Source of the DNA: a bacterium
GTDB lineage: Bacteria; SZUA-182; DTGQ01; JAFGSM01
Reading direction: 5' to 3'
Assembly (NCBI GenBank): GCA_049472315.1
Contig: JBLIRN010000005.1
Location: 1 to 64,000, forward strand
Length of the DNA stretch: 64,000 bases
This document shows, piece by piece, positions 29,803 to 38,978 of this stretch. The translations under genes and the position numbers were made by a program. The first letter of the stretch is position 1, and the number at the start of each line of letters is the position of its first letter. The notes under the pieces were generated by a model. That model did not search any database. It saw only the letters and a program-made list of their open reading frames with translations, and had not been told where the DNA came from.

Positions 29803-30897
29803 ATGTCCATCGCGCAAACAGCCCTAAATGGGATTTGCCCCTACTTTACGATGTTCCCGCTCGATTTCCCGCTCGGCATTCTGAAGCGACGGGCGCGAGA
29901 AGGTGACGTCGTACTTGATCCCTTCTGCGGCCGGGGCACCACCAACTTCGCCGCACGGCTTGTCGGTCTTAGTTCGTTAGGTGTGGATTCCTCTCCGGTA
30001 GCTGTAGCTATTACGGCGTCAAAGCTTGTGTCAGCTACCGTTGATGAGATCCTCGGAGAAGCACGCAAGATTCTCACAGAACAAGAAGTGCACCATATCC
30101 CTACAAGCGAATTCTGGCAATGGGCCTTTCATACGGTCGTGCTGGACTCGCTGTGTCGATTCCGAGAGGCATTCCTGGAGGATTGCACTACAGCCTGCCG
30201 CATTGCGCTTCGTGGCATTGTTTTGGGAGCACTGCATGGCCCGAAGCAAAAGACGTTTCCGAGTTATTTTTCCAATCAATGTCCCCGTACCTACGCACCA
30301 AAACCTGCCTATGCGACGCGCTACTGGCAGGAACGAGGACTTGCTCCTGAAAACGTCGATGTTTTGGCCGTGATTGAACAGAGAGCGAAACGTTACTACG
30401 GAACTTCGTCCGACATTACAGGATCTGTGCGACTATCCGACAGCCGGACCTATGAAGCACTACAACCAGAAACTCCGATAAAACGCTTTGATTGGGTAAT
30501 TACCTCACCCCCGTATTACGGTATGCGGACGTATATCCCGGACCAATGGCTCCGTAATTGGTTCGTGGGTGGTCCCGACGCTGTGGACTATACCAATCGA
30601 AATCAGGTGCTTCATTCGAGCCCCGAGGACTTTGCGGCCGATCTACGGCAGGTTTGGCGCAACGTGGGAGAAGCGTGCGCAGATAATGCCAAGATGGTCA
30701 TCCGGTTCGGCGGAATCACGGCCAGACGTTCAAATCCACTTAACCTTATAAAGAGTTCCCTCAAGGAGAGTGGTTGGCGCATCATGGCCATCAAGGAAGC
30801 CGGATCTGCAAAAGAAGGCAGACGTCAGGCTGATGCCTTCCTTCGTACAAAAACCAAGCCGATGGTCGAATATGATGTTTGGACAATCAGACACTGA
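29803..30897 (+). CDS. Amino DNA methyltransferase (N4C/N6A), motif I before motif IV
   Basis: VLDPFCGRGTT followed by VITSPPYYG. Two bases after the HerA stop. Confidence 0.88.
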   Translation: MSIAQTALNGICPYFTMFPLDFPLGILKRRAREGDVVLDPFCGRGTTNFAARLVGLSSLGVDSSPVAVAITASKLVSATVDEILGEARKILTEQEVHHIPTSEFWQWAFHTVVLDSLCRFREAFLEDCTTACRIALRGIVLGALHGPKQKTFPSYFSNQCPRTYAPKPAYATRYWQERGLAPENVDVLAVIEQRAKRYYGTSSDITGSVRLSDSRTYEALQPETPIKRFDWVITSPPYYGMRTYIPDQWLRNWFVGGPDAVDYTNRNQVLHSSPEDFAADLRQVWRNVGEACADNAKMVIRFGGITARRSNPLNLIKSSLKESGWRIMAIKEAGSAKEGRRQADAFLRTKTKPMVEYDVWTIRH

Positions 30898-30937
30898 GAT
30901 CCAAAAGGTATATATTATGTTCGGAAAATCAGATAAC

Positions 30938-30971
30938 GACCAACAAGTTGCTATAGTTTTCTTTGTTGGAG
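30938..30971 (+). mobile_element. Possible truncated attC remnant
   Basis: GACCAAC...GTTGGAG with CCAACAA/TTGTTGG arms, but too short for a functional attC. Confidence 0.3.
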
Positions 30972-30983
30972 GACACCTACGGT

Positions 30984-31601
30984 ATGAATGACTGCCAGTT
31001 CTTTTGGTATATGGTTGCGCAATGGGCCGTGGCTGCTGGGACAATATTTGTAGCAATTGTTGCTCTCTGGGGTCACATGATCCGCGCTCGTTGGTTTGGC
31101 CCAAAACTCCGCTTGGCCCTGAAGAATCCGAAGGGAGAAATCAGTATGTTCAGCGACGGTGTGGTGTCGCGCTACTTCCACCTTCGAGTTTGGAATGAAC
31201 GTCGTGCTTCACCCGCCCATAATGTCCGGGTAGTTATAATGGAACTGTATAGACCCAACGCTGATGGCACCATGAGTCAGGTCACCCTTTCTGGGCCACT
31301 TCAGCTTGCATGGCAGTTTCAGGGTTCAAACCCCCAGTTTCAGACTATAGGTGCGGAGTCAACCTGCGACTTGGGTTATCTTAGACGAGGAGAACCTTTT
31401 ACCTTAAGCACGCTCTTTCATCACATCTCGTTCGACCCGAATGTGCAGCCGGGACAAAAGGCAATCTTTATTCTTAGGGCGCTTTCAGACGAATGCGAGT
31501 CTGACGAATTGAAAATAGAGGTGGCTTGGGATGGCATATGGAGTGAGGATTCGGACGAAATAATTAGGCACATGGTCGTGAAGCTGTTACCCAGAAAATA
31601 A
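30984..31601 (+). CDS. Single N-terminal TM hypothetical protein, cassette-like
   Basis: RBS GGAGG; TM AVAAGTIFVAIVALW followed by PKLRL and a beta-rich domain. Confidence 0.75.
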   Translation: MNDCQFFWYMVAQWAVAAGTIFVAIVALWGHMIRARWFGPKLRLALKNPKGEISMFSDGVVSRYFHLRVWNERRASPAHNVRVVIMELYRPNADGTMSQVTLSGPLQLAWQFQGSNPQFQTIGAESTCDLGYLRRGEPFTLSTLFHHISFDPNVQPGQKAIFILRALSDECESDELKIEVAWDGIWSEDSDEIIRHMVVKLLPRK

Positions 31602-31681
31602 CTGCTTGCCACTCGGTTATTGCCGTGTATGCCGGAACACATTTGCTTATGTTATTGACAGTTCATAGCTACAATAAGTAT

Positions 31682-31777
31682 ATGAATAAACCAGGTGTAC
31701 ATATAGATACTTCAGCCGTCGGCTATATGGTAGAGCATCGCAGCGACAATTTGGTAACCAAAGCCTTCAGCGAATAA
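31682..31777 (+). pseudogene. Degenerate 5' copy of the PIN gene at 32640
   Basis: MNKPGVHIDTSAVGYMVEHRSDNLVT versus MDKPSVYIDTSVISYIAAHPSRNLVT. The upstream ~80 bp is also duplicated (offset 958). Confidence 0.8.
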
Positions 31778-31789
31778 AAGATAAACTCG

Positions 31790-31962
31790 CTATCCGGGCG
31801 GGGTACGGCGCGGAAGGTTATGTCCGGGAATTTTCTATGAGCCGCTGGATACTGCAAATGACACCACCTAATGCTTTTGATCCATAAAAAAACAGGCAGG
31901 AGGATCTCACTCCGGAGCAGCTTCATAAATTACGTAACCTTGTAAAGGAATGGCTTCGATGA
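31790..31962 (+). pseudogene. RelE/HigB-type toxin remnant (frameshifted)
   Basis: MLLIHKK, a frameshift in an A run, then KNRQEDLTPEQLHKLRNLVKEWLR* with ATGA overlap into the antitoxin. The 5' limit is approximate. Confidence 0.65.
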
Positions 31963-32249
31963 GAAATAATGATTTCGATGACCTGGCAGAAAGCATCAAA
32001 CAGGCAGGACAAATCAGAAAAGGCATGCTTAAACCAGGCCGAATTATTGAATTCACTCCACTGGATATCAAGGAGGTTCGCCGTAAACTCAACAAGTCAC
32101 AGAGTGAATTCGCTCTTATGATTGGTGTGAGCATCTCTACACTTCAAAATTGGGAGCAAGGCAGACGAAGGCCAGAAGGTCCAGCAAGAGCTCTTTTAAA
32201 AGTTGCTTTCGAAAACCCAGAAGCAGTAAAAAATGCATTAAAAAAATAG
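31959..32249 (+). CDS. XRE-HTH antitoxin (HigA/NadS-like)
   Basis: FDDLAESIKQA and SQSEFALMIGVSISTLQNWEQGRRRPEGPARALL. Confidence 0.9.
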   Translation: MRNNDFDDLAESIKQAGQIRKGMLKPGRIIEFTPLDIKEVRRKLNKSQSEFALMIGVSISTLQNWEQGRRRPEGPARALLKVAFENPEAVKNALKK

Positions 32250-32402
32250 GTCTTAGGTTTGGAGCCTGCATTCCAAATTTTAAGAGAAAACATAGAAACA
32301 TGTGTGTCTAATGATCCTCAATAGAGACCTCCATCACAATATCATGGTCTCCTGTAAGGCAACAGTATCGGCATGCGGTTGCGGCTGGTAGCGGGGCACA
32401 TG

Positions 32403-32540
32403 CCCCTTGGTGGTGAAAAAGGGATCGAAGACCTTCCCGAGTATTTTCTTGCTCATCCCTGTCCCGGTGTCGCTCGCGATCAGGATGGCATATCGCGTGT
32501 CAGGCCCGCTGCTGTCGCCCAACGGGGTGTTCCTTTCAAA
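32403..32540 (-). pseudogene. Degenerate internal fragment of the histidine kinase at 33423-35402
   Basis: [33 protein letters not shown] versus [33 protein letters not shown]. Confidence 0.8.
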
Positions 32541-32639
32541 TACATTGAACTGAGTGTCAGTGCTTGCCGCCGGGTTATTGGCGTGTTTTGCGGAGTACAT
32601 CTGCTTGTGTTATAAACAGTTCTTGGCTACAATATTTAT

Positions 32640-33119
32640 ATGGATAAACCCAGTGTATATATAGATACCTCAGTGATCAGCTACATAGCGGCGCATCCAA
32701 GCCGCAATTTGGTAACGGCAGCCTGTCAGCAAATAACAGATGAGTGGTGGGAAGGCAAACGGCACCTTTATAATCTTGTCACGTCAGAGCTAGTGATTGC
32801 TGAAGCCAGAGCCGGAGAACCAGCTATAGCAGCAAGACGTCTTGAGCTTCTTCGGGGCATACCTGAGCTGGTGATATCTGATAATGTCAAACGGTTGGCT
32901 GCTGCTTTCATAGCGCAGGGGGCACTTCCTGACAAGGCTCAGGCTGACGCACTTCATATCGCCATTGCCGCGGTGCATAATGTGGGGTATTTACTTACCT
33001 GGAATTGCCGGCATATTGATAATCCTTCCACTAAACCTGCTGTCCGGGCGGTGTGCAGCGAGGAAGGCTATCAATGTCCGGAAATATGCACGCCAATCGA
33101 AATCATGGAGGTCACCTGA
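32640..33119 (+). CDS. PIN-domain (VapC-like) toxin
   Basis: VYIDTSVIS, SELVIAEA, DALHIAIA and LLTWNCRHI. Confidence 0.92.
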   Translation: MDKPSVYIDTSVISYIAAHPSRNLVTAACQQITDEWWEGKRHLYNLVTSELVIAEARAGEPAIAARRLELLRGIPELVISDNVKRLAAAFIAQGALPDKAQADALHIAIAAVHNVGYLLTWNCRHIDNPSTKPAVRAVCSEEGYQCPEICTPIEIMEVT

Positions 33120-33120
33120 G

Positions 33121-33312
33121 ATGGGGGATGAAATATTAGAGGAAGTCTGGCGGAACAGGGATGAGTTTGCCAGGCGGCATAATTACGACCTTGACGCTAT
33201 GGTTGCCGAGATCAGAAAGATGGAGCGCCATCCCTTGAATACCTTAATCAATTGGGAAAAAAAGACGGCGACCAAGCGGCGGCGTCCGGATGCAGCTTCG
33301 CGACGCCGGTGA
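33121..33312 (+). CDS. Small PIN-associated partner (putative antitoxin)
   Basis: MGDEILEEVWRNRDEFARRHNYDLDAM. RBS GGAGGT. The tail reads into the attC-like site. Confidence 0.75.
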   Translation: MGDEILEEVWRNRDEFARRHNYDLDAMVAEIRKMERHPLNTLINWEKKTATKRRRPDAASRRR

Positions 33313-33326
33313 GCCCTCGGTTATGG
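33267..33326 (+). mobile_element. Degenerate attC-like site
   Basis: GGCGACC-AAGCGGCGGCGTCCGGATGCAGCTTCGCGACGCCGGTGAGCCCTCG-GTTATGG. R'' AAC has become ACC. Confidence 0.6.
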
Positions 33327-33422
33327 CGGATTTGACACCACTGCAATAGCATTGTTTCCTGCGCGGCAAGGATATCGTCGTGAGGCTGGGGTTGACAGGC
33401 GGGAATCATGCCCCGGGCATGC

Positions 33423-35402
33423 TCAGCCATCCAGGACCTCTCTCACCTTTTTCAGGAGGAGGGTCGGGGAGACGGGCTTGGGGATAAAGTTTATCCCTTC
33501 TTCGAGCATCCCCTGGGTGTGAAGGATGTTATGGTCATACCCGCTCAGGAAAAGCGCCTTGATGTCAGGCCTGATTTTTCGTATCTGGTCGTACGCATCC
33601 TTCCCGTTCATCCGGGGCATGATGACGTCGAATATAAGAAGCCGTATCCTATCCTTATATTTCATGAAATTCCGCACCGCATCATTGCCGTCCACCGAGT
33701 CTATGACCGTGTAGCCGTATTCCTCGAGAATGGTTTTTGAATATCTCCGGACGCCTTCATCGTCCTCCGCAAGGAGCACCGTTTCAATGCCGCGCACCGG
33801 CAGGCCGGAGCTGGCCTCGGCTCGCGTGTCGTCAACCGGTTGTGAAATGAGCGGCAGGTATATCCTGAAGGTTGTCCCCTCTCCTGGCTCGCTGCTCACC
33901 TCGATGTGACCGTTGTGCTGTTTTACGATGCCGTAGACCATCGAAAGGCCGAGCCCCGTCCCCTTTCCCGCTCCCTTGGTGGTGAAAAAGGGATCGAAGA
34001 TCTTCCCGATTATTTCCCTGTTTATCCCTGCACCGGTATCGCTCACAGTAAGGAGGGCATACCGTGTATCATGCCCGCTCCCGTCATCCGTCGGAGGCAC
34101 GCCCTTCAGTTCCGCCGATTCCGTTTTCAGGGCCAGCACCCCCCCGCCGGGCATAGCATCCCGCGCGTTTGTCGCAAGATTGAAGAGCACCTGTTCCATC
34201 TGCACCTGGTCGACCAGGACGATCAGGTCCTCGCGTGCGAGGTCCACCTCCAGTTCCAGGTCCTCGCCGATGAGCCTGACCAGGAGTTTTTTGATGTCCG
34301 CAATGAGGGTGTTTAACCGTGTGGGCCTGGGGTCGATGGGTTGTTTCCTGCTGTATGCGAGGAGGCTTTTGGTGAGCCGTGCAGCCCGCTCCCCGGACTC
34401 GATTATGTCTCGTGCATCGGATGCCAGGGGATGGTTTTTGCCCAGTTTGTGCACCATGATCTGCGCATATCCCATGATCGTAGTAAGGATGTTGTTGAAA
34501 TCATGAGCGATCCCCCCTGCGAGGGTGCCGACGGCCTCCATCTTCTGCGCCTGCCTGAGCTGCTCCCCGAGCTGTTCCTTCTCCTCCTCCCTCCTTTTCA
34601 ATGACCCGGACAGGGTATTGAATGCGGCGGCGAGCTTGCCAATCTCGTCGTTTGTGGTTATTGGGACATCATTGAATACGCCGCTTTCTCCAAAATCGAT
34701 CACCGCCCCGGTAAGTTTTTTGAGCGGCCTTGTCACGCCCGCCGTCACGAAATATATGGCCGAGGAACCAAGCAGCAGGAAAATGACCCCGAGGAGGATG
34801 CTGTTCCGGATCATGCCCTGTGACCGTTGCACCATTCCCCCCTTGTCTATGTCGATGCGCACGAGTCCTATGAGCCTTTGTTTTCCCCTGTGCCCGTCAT
34901 CCTCGAAGAAGATGGACTCCTCGGTCTCATAATCCGTTTCCAGGACAACGGGCGCCCAGAATTCGAGTGTATCCCGGTGCTCTATGTATAGAGCATCGTC
35001 CGATACCTTGATCCGTGCGAGCACCTCGTTGAATTCCTTCTCATCGGGCGGCGATCCGTTTTCCTGCGGGAGGCCTCCTTCGCCCTCTTTCATCCCAAGA
35101 AGGTCCCCCCTTTCATTAAAGATCCTGACCGCCACGACCTCCTCCTGCTGCAGGATGCCCTTCATGGAATTATTGAGCAACTCCTCATGTTCGGAGAATA
35201 CACCCAGCCTTGCATTGTATGCGAGGACGCGGGAAAGGATCTTCCCCTCTTTGATCAGGCCGTTCCTGAGGGACCGCTGTTCCTTTTTAATGAAGAATGC
35301 GGCAAACGTGGAGGAGATGAACAGGATGAGGATGGTAAAGATGATGAAGATCTTTGCCGAAAAGGTCCGGATTATTCCTTGATAATACCTCCGCAGTCTC
35401 AT
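33423..35402 (-). CDS. Membrane HAMP hybrid histidine kinase
   Basis: 2 TM helices, periplasmic domain, HAMP, AHDFNN, GTGLGL and REC. Confidence 0.95.
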   Translation of the reverse strand: MRLRRYYQGIIRTFSAKIFIIFTILILFISSTFAAFFIKKEQRSLRNGLIKEGKILSRVLAYNARLGVFSEHEELLNNSMKGILQQEEVVAVRIFNERGDLLGMKEGEGGLPQENGSPPDEKEFNEVLARIKVSDDALYIEHRDTLEFWAPVVLETDYETEESIFFEDDGHRGKQRLIGLVRIDIDKGGMVQRSQGMIRNSILLGVIFLLLGSSAIYFVTAGVTRPLKKLTGAVIDFGESGVFNDVPITTNDEIGKLAAAFNTLSGSLKRREEEKEQLGEQLRQAQKMEAVGTLAGGIAHDFNNILTTIMGYAQIMVHKLGKNHPLASDARDIIESGERAARLTKSLLAYSRKQPIDPRPTRLNTLIADIKKLLVRLIGEDLELEVDLAREDLIVLVDQVQMEQVLFNLATNARDAMPGGGVLALKTESAELKGVPPTDDGSGHDTRYALLTVSDTGAGINREIIGKIFDPFFTTKGAGKGTGLGLSMVYGIVKQHNGHIEVSSEPGEGTTFRIYLPLISQPVDDTRAEASSGLPVRGIETVLLAEDDEGVRRYSKTILEEYGYTVIDSVDGNDAVRNFMKYKDRIRLLIFDVIMPRMNGKDAYDQIRKIRPDIKALFLSGYDHNILHTQGMLEEGINFIPKPVSPTLLLKKVREVLDG

Positions 35403-35409
35403 GTGTTAC

Positions 35410-36315
35410 TCACCTGACAATCCTCGCCCGGTCAAGGATCGTCTTGTTGAAGGTTATCCCCATTTCTCGGGCGGTCTTGGGATTGATCGAGATAATGACC
35501 TTTCTCGCCTCTTCATTCGGGATCTCATTCGGCTTTGTCCCTGTAAGTATCTTTTCGGCCATGTGGCCTGCCTGTCTTCCCATATCGGATGCATCGAAGG
35601 TCAGGGACATCAGCGCACCCTTTTCAACGAACTTTTCCGAAAACGTGAGGACAGGTATCCTGTTTTCAATGGAAAAGAGGAGCAGGAAGTCGATCGTTTC
35701 CGTGGAGATGACGGTTGTGTCGGGCAGCATCCAGAAGGCATCTATCTCCCCCTTCATGCCCTTGATCAATGCCGGGACATCCCTGGCATCGATTACCCTC
35801 TTTGCAATGAGCGTTGTCCCCGACTCTTCCGCTGCCTCTCGCGCCCGTTTCACAAATGCGGCCGATTTATCCGGGTCGAAGAGAAGCCCTATTCTCCGGG
35901 CATCAGGAAGGGCCTCCCGGAATGTGGCCAGTTGTTTTTCCGGCGGGATTGCCATGCTGACACCGGTGATATTCCCCCCTCCGGGATGGTGCATCCATGG
36001 ATTGAGCACCATGAGATAGATGACGGGTATATCCCTGATCCCCTCGATCGCAGTGAGGGCATCGATACCTATGGCGAGAATGGCTGCGGGCTTGACTGTG
36101 CGGATGTGGCCGGATACATCCGCCTCCTTTGTCTCCGACAGGACCAACTGCCTGGTGTTGCATCCGCAAGCCTCTCTGAATCCCGTCAGGGCGTTTTCAT
36201 ACGGTCTGATCCTGATGCTTTGGATGACGAGGATTTCCTGTGACGCTCCGGAAAGACCATAGAGAAGGACCGACAACGATATGATGAATAGCATCGTAAT
36301 ACATCTTTTTGTCAT
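35410..36315 (-). CDS. ABC-type substrate-binding-like periplasmic protein
   Basis: Signal peptide, RIGLLFDP, DAFWMLPD, FVEKGALMSL and INPKTAREMGI. Confidence 0.88.
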   Translation of the reverse strand: MTKRCITMLFIISLSVLLYGLSGASQEILVIQSIRIRPYENALTGFREACGCNTRQLVLSETKEADVSGHIRTVKPAAILAIGIDALTAIEGIRDIPVIYLMVLNPWMHHPGGGNITGVSMAIPPEKQLATFREALPDARRIGLLFDPDKSAAFVKRAREAAEESGTTLIAKRVIDARDVPALIKGMKGEIDAFWMLPDTTVISTETIDFLLLFSIENRIPVLTFSEKFVEKGALMSLTFDASDMGRQAGHMAEKILTGTKPNEIPNEEARKVIISINPKTAREMGITFNKTILDRARIVR

Positions 36316-36525
36316 TGTCCGCACGCGTGTGGATTAAAGGTGATACAAGCCGTGCAGAGGCACGGCTTGATTTAAGCATAAAATCGACGCAAAGACAATA
36401 CCGGGGCCTCGCATGCGCGGAATCCCCCCTTGATCAGCCTTCAGCCCTTGACAAATCGCTTCATTTATTCAATAATTCGATGACATTTCTTTACCATACA
36501 TCCATCATCCTTTTACAAGACTATT

Positions 36526-38427
36526 ATGCTGATTTCATTCGCCAAGAGACTTGTGCTTCTGTTTTTATGCCTCACCTCCATAGTTTTTTTCTTTATCCGT
36601 CCTTCTTGTGCCGTGACCAATGAGGAGATGAATACCCTGCTCCTGTTCTACAAGGAGGAGGACCTCGTGATAACGCCCACACGACAGCCGAAGCCGCTCT
36701 CCCAGGTTGCGGAGAACATTACCGTGGTCACCGCCGAGGAGATCGCGATGATCAACGCCCACACCCTTGCCGATGTCCTGAATCACATCCCCGGCGTGCA
36801 GATGGACATACGCGGGGGGCCGGGGAGCATCGCATACGCGCATATACAGGGCTCCGAATTCTCACACGTGCTCGTCATGGTCGATGGGGTGACACTGAAC
36901 AACCTCTCGGACAATTCACCTGATATCTCAGCAATCCCCGTCCAGTATATAGAGAGGGTCGAGATCATAAAGGGCCCCGGCTCCTCCTCGTGGGGCTCTT
37001 CCCTGGGCGGCGTCATCAATGTCATCACGAAGCCCACAGGGAATGCACCCGGATCGGAGGGGATGCTGTCGGGCTCCTACGGAGAGAGAGAGACCAGGGA
37101 TTTGAGGGCGGAGTTTACCGGCATGAACGGCAGGTTGGGGTACTACGTCCATGCGGGGAATCTCTACACCGACGGATTTACAGGAAACACCAACTATGAC
37201 GCGGACAACCTCTATACGAAGCTGCGGCTTGACGGATGGGATGGAGGGGGCCTTACCTTCACCCTCGGATACAACAAGGGAGACAGGGGCATGGGCGAGT
37301 TCGGCGACCTCGACATGTCCTTCGATCATGAATTCGAGTCCTTATTCTCCACCCTCTCCATGGACCATGCGTTCTCTCCCCGTGCGGATGCGCATCTCTC
37401 CGTGAGGACACTGAGGCAGGATGGCGATTTCATCATGGACCAGATAAGCACCGGCATGGAGCTACAGAGGAATACAGCCGAGGATTCGGTCAATGGCGGC
37501 ACCGCTACAATCACCTGGAGGTGCGGGGCTCACACCGCAGTGGTAGGCGCGGATATCGACGAAGGGAAACTGGAGTCGCTCGACATTACCGGCGGTGAGC
37601 AGACACTCCGGAAGTGGGCACTCTTTGCAAACGACACGATCGCGGTGAATCGGTTCTCGCTCATCCCCGGGATACGCTACGACCATACGAACACCAACGG
37701 CGATTTTGTGAGCCCGAGCATAGGGATGACCTTCAAGGCGACCGAACGGACGCTCCTGCGGGCGTATACTGCACGGGGATTCAACACTCCGTCTCTTTCC
37801 TCCACATTCGGGAGCGGGTTTTTCTCCCTGCCGAATCCCGATCTCGATGTGGAGAAGGTGTGGTCCGCACAGGCAGGTGTCGAGACAACCGAGCTCAGGT
37901 GCGTGTGGATAAAGGCAACCCTGTTTCACCACAGGGTGTCGGACGCCCTGTCGAAAGAGGATTTGCTCGATCCCAACGGAACGCCGACCGGCATGATCAA
38001 AATGGTGAATGGAGAGCGGCAGCGCAGGCAGGGGGTGGAGGTGGAGGTAAGGACCATGCCCGTATATAATATCTCCCTCCTTGCCGGGTTCTCATTCGTG
38101 GACGCAACAGACAGGGACACAGGTGAGCGCCTGCCCGACACCCCCCGATATACCTACGACGTTGGCATCCATTACAACAATCCGAGGCTGTTCATCGCAT
38201 ACCTTGCGGGGCACTACATCTGGTGGCATGCATCGCCGGCAAACGACGGCAAGTTTGACGACTTTGTCTGGGACCTCAACCTCGCAAAGAGGGTATGGGG
38301 GAAAGGCAGTGCGGGCCTCGACGCCTTCCTTTCCGTGCACAACATCTTCAATGCCTCCCAATACACACTCTCATACATGAAAAATCCCCGGAGATGGGCG
38401 GAGGCGGGTGTTCGCTTCCGGTTCTGA
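36526..38427 (+). CDS. TonB-dependent receptor
   Basis: Plug VLVMVDG...IERVEIIKGPGSS.WG..LGGVINVITK, NPDLDVEK and terminal VRFRF. Confidence 0.95.
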   Translation: MLISFAKRLVLLFLCLTSIVFFFIRPSCAVTNEEMNTLLLFYKEEDLVITPTRQPKPLSQVAENITVVTAEEIAMINAHTLADVLNHIPGVQMDIRGGPGSIAYAHIQGSEFSHVLVMVDGVTLNNLSDNSPDISAIPVQYIERVEIIKGPGSSSWGSSLGGVINVITKPTGNAPGSEGMLSGSYGERETRDLRAEFTGMNGRLGYYVHAGNLYTDGFTGNTNYDADNLYTKLRLDGWDGGGLTFTLGYNKGDRGMGEFGDLDMSFDHEFESLFSTLSMDHAFSPRADAHLSVRTLRQDGDFIMDQISTGMELQRNTAEDSVNGGTATITWRCGAHTAVVGADIDEGKLESLDITGGEQTLRKWALFANDTIAVNRFSLIPGIRYDHTNTNGDFVSPSIGMTFKATERTLLRAYTARGFNTPSLSSTFGSGFFSLPNPDLDVEKVWSAQAGVETTELRCVWIKATLFHHRVSDALSKEDLLDPNGTPTGMIKMVNGERQRRQGVEVEVRTMPVYNISLLAGFSFVDATDRDTGERLPDTPRYTYDVGIHYNNPRLFIAYLAGHYIWWHASPANDGKFDDFVWDLNLAKRVWGKGSAGLDAFLSVHNIFNASQYTLSYMKNPRRWAEAGVRFRF

Positions 38428-38535
38428 GCCCCCTCTTTCCCATAGCCGTATTGATACTTGATTGTCTTATAAGGTCGAACGCGGGGACCGGTCTGCTTTG
38501 ACGACCGGGGAATTTGTGTATGAGGAGGTGCTTCT

Positions 38536-38640
38536 ATGGAGGATAAGGACATCATCGTCCTCGACGAGGGATTGGGTGAAGAGCACATCACCGCCTTATT
38601 TTGTTGCCTGCTGGCCATTGGACCTTTCAGGAGTAAATGA
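38536..38640 (+). CDS. Geopeptide-like RiPP precursor, 34 aa (absent from the ORF track)
   Basis: RBS GAGGAGGT. MEDKDIIVLDEGLGEEHITALFCCLLAIGPFRSK*: acidic VLDEG leader plus CC core, upstream of a SPASM enzyme. Confidence 0.85.
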   Translation: MEDKDIIVLDEGLGEEHITALFCCLLAIGPFRSK

Positions 38641-38843
38641 GACGGCAGCAGTAATCGCAGGCAAAGCGACCTGGCGCATCGCAGGCAAAATGTAGCCCGG
38701 ACGGGCATAAACCGGTGTAGTATTCAGATGCCCGCGTTGTGCGGCTTGTGCCGGATTCCGGGACACCATGTCTCATCCATTTGCCGGATGAACGGCATTC
38801 GATGCGTCACCGGTTGCGTTGCGTGCGGCGGTACTGGAATACG

Positions 38844-38887
38844 CTGCGGCAGGATGCCTGGCAAGGCATACCTGCCGCAGTCCTTTT
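38844..38887 (+). terminator. Strong hairpin or attenuator between precursor and maturase
   Basis: CTGCGGCAGG-ATGCCT-GGCA-AGGCAT-A-CCTGCCGCAG followed by TCCTTTT. Confidence 0.6.
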
Positions 38888-38978
38888 GCGCAGGCATGCG
38901 GATGAAAATGGCCCGGATTGCTTTTGAGACGAGGTCGGCCCCCAGGCATGCGATTGCCGTTACGGAGGCGTTTGTACC

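Noticed and set aside
38638..38700. Selenocysteine read-through of the precursor TGA, or a c-di-GMP riboswitch (ATCGCAGGCAAA twice)
   Set aside because: No convincing SECIS hairpin or GEMM P1/P2 architecture is visible.
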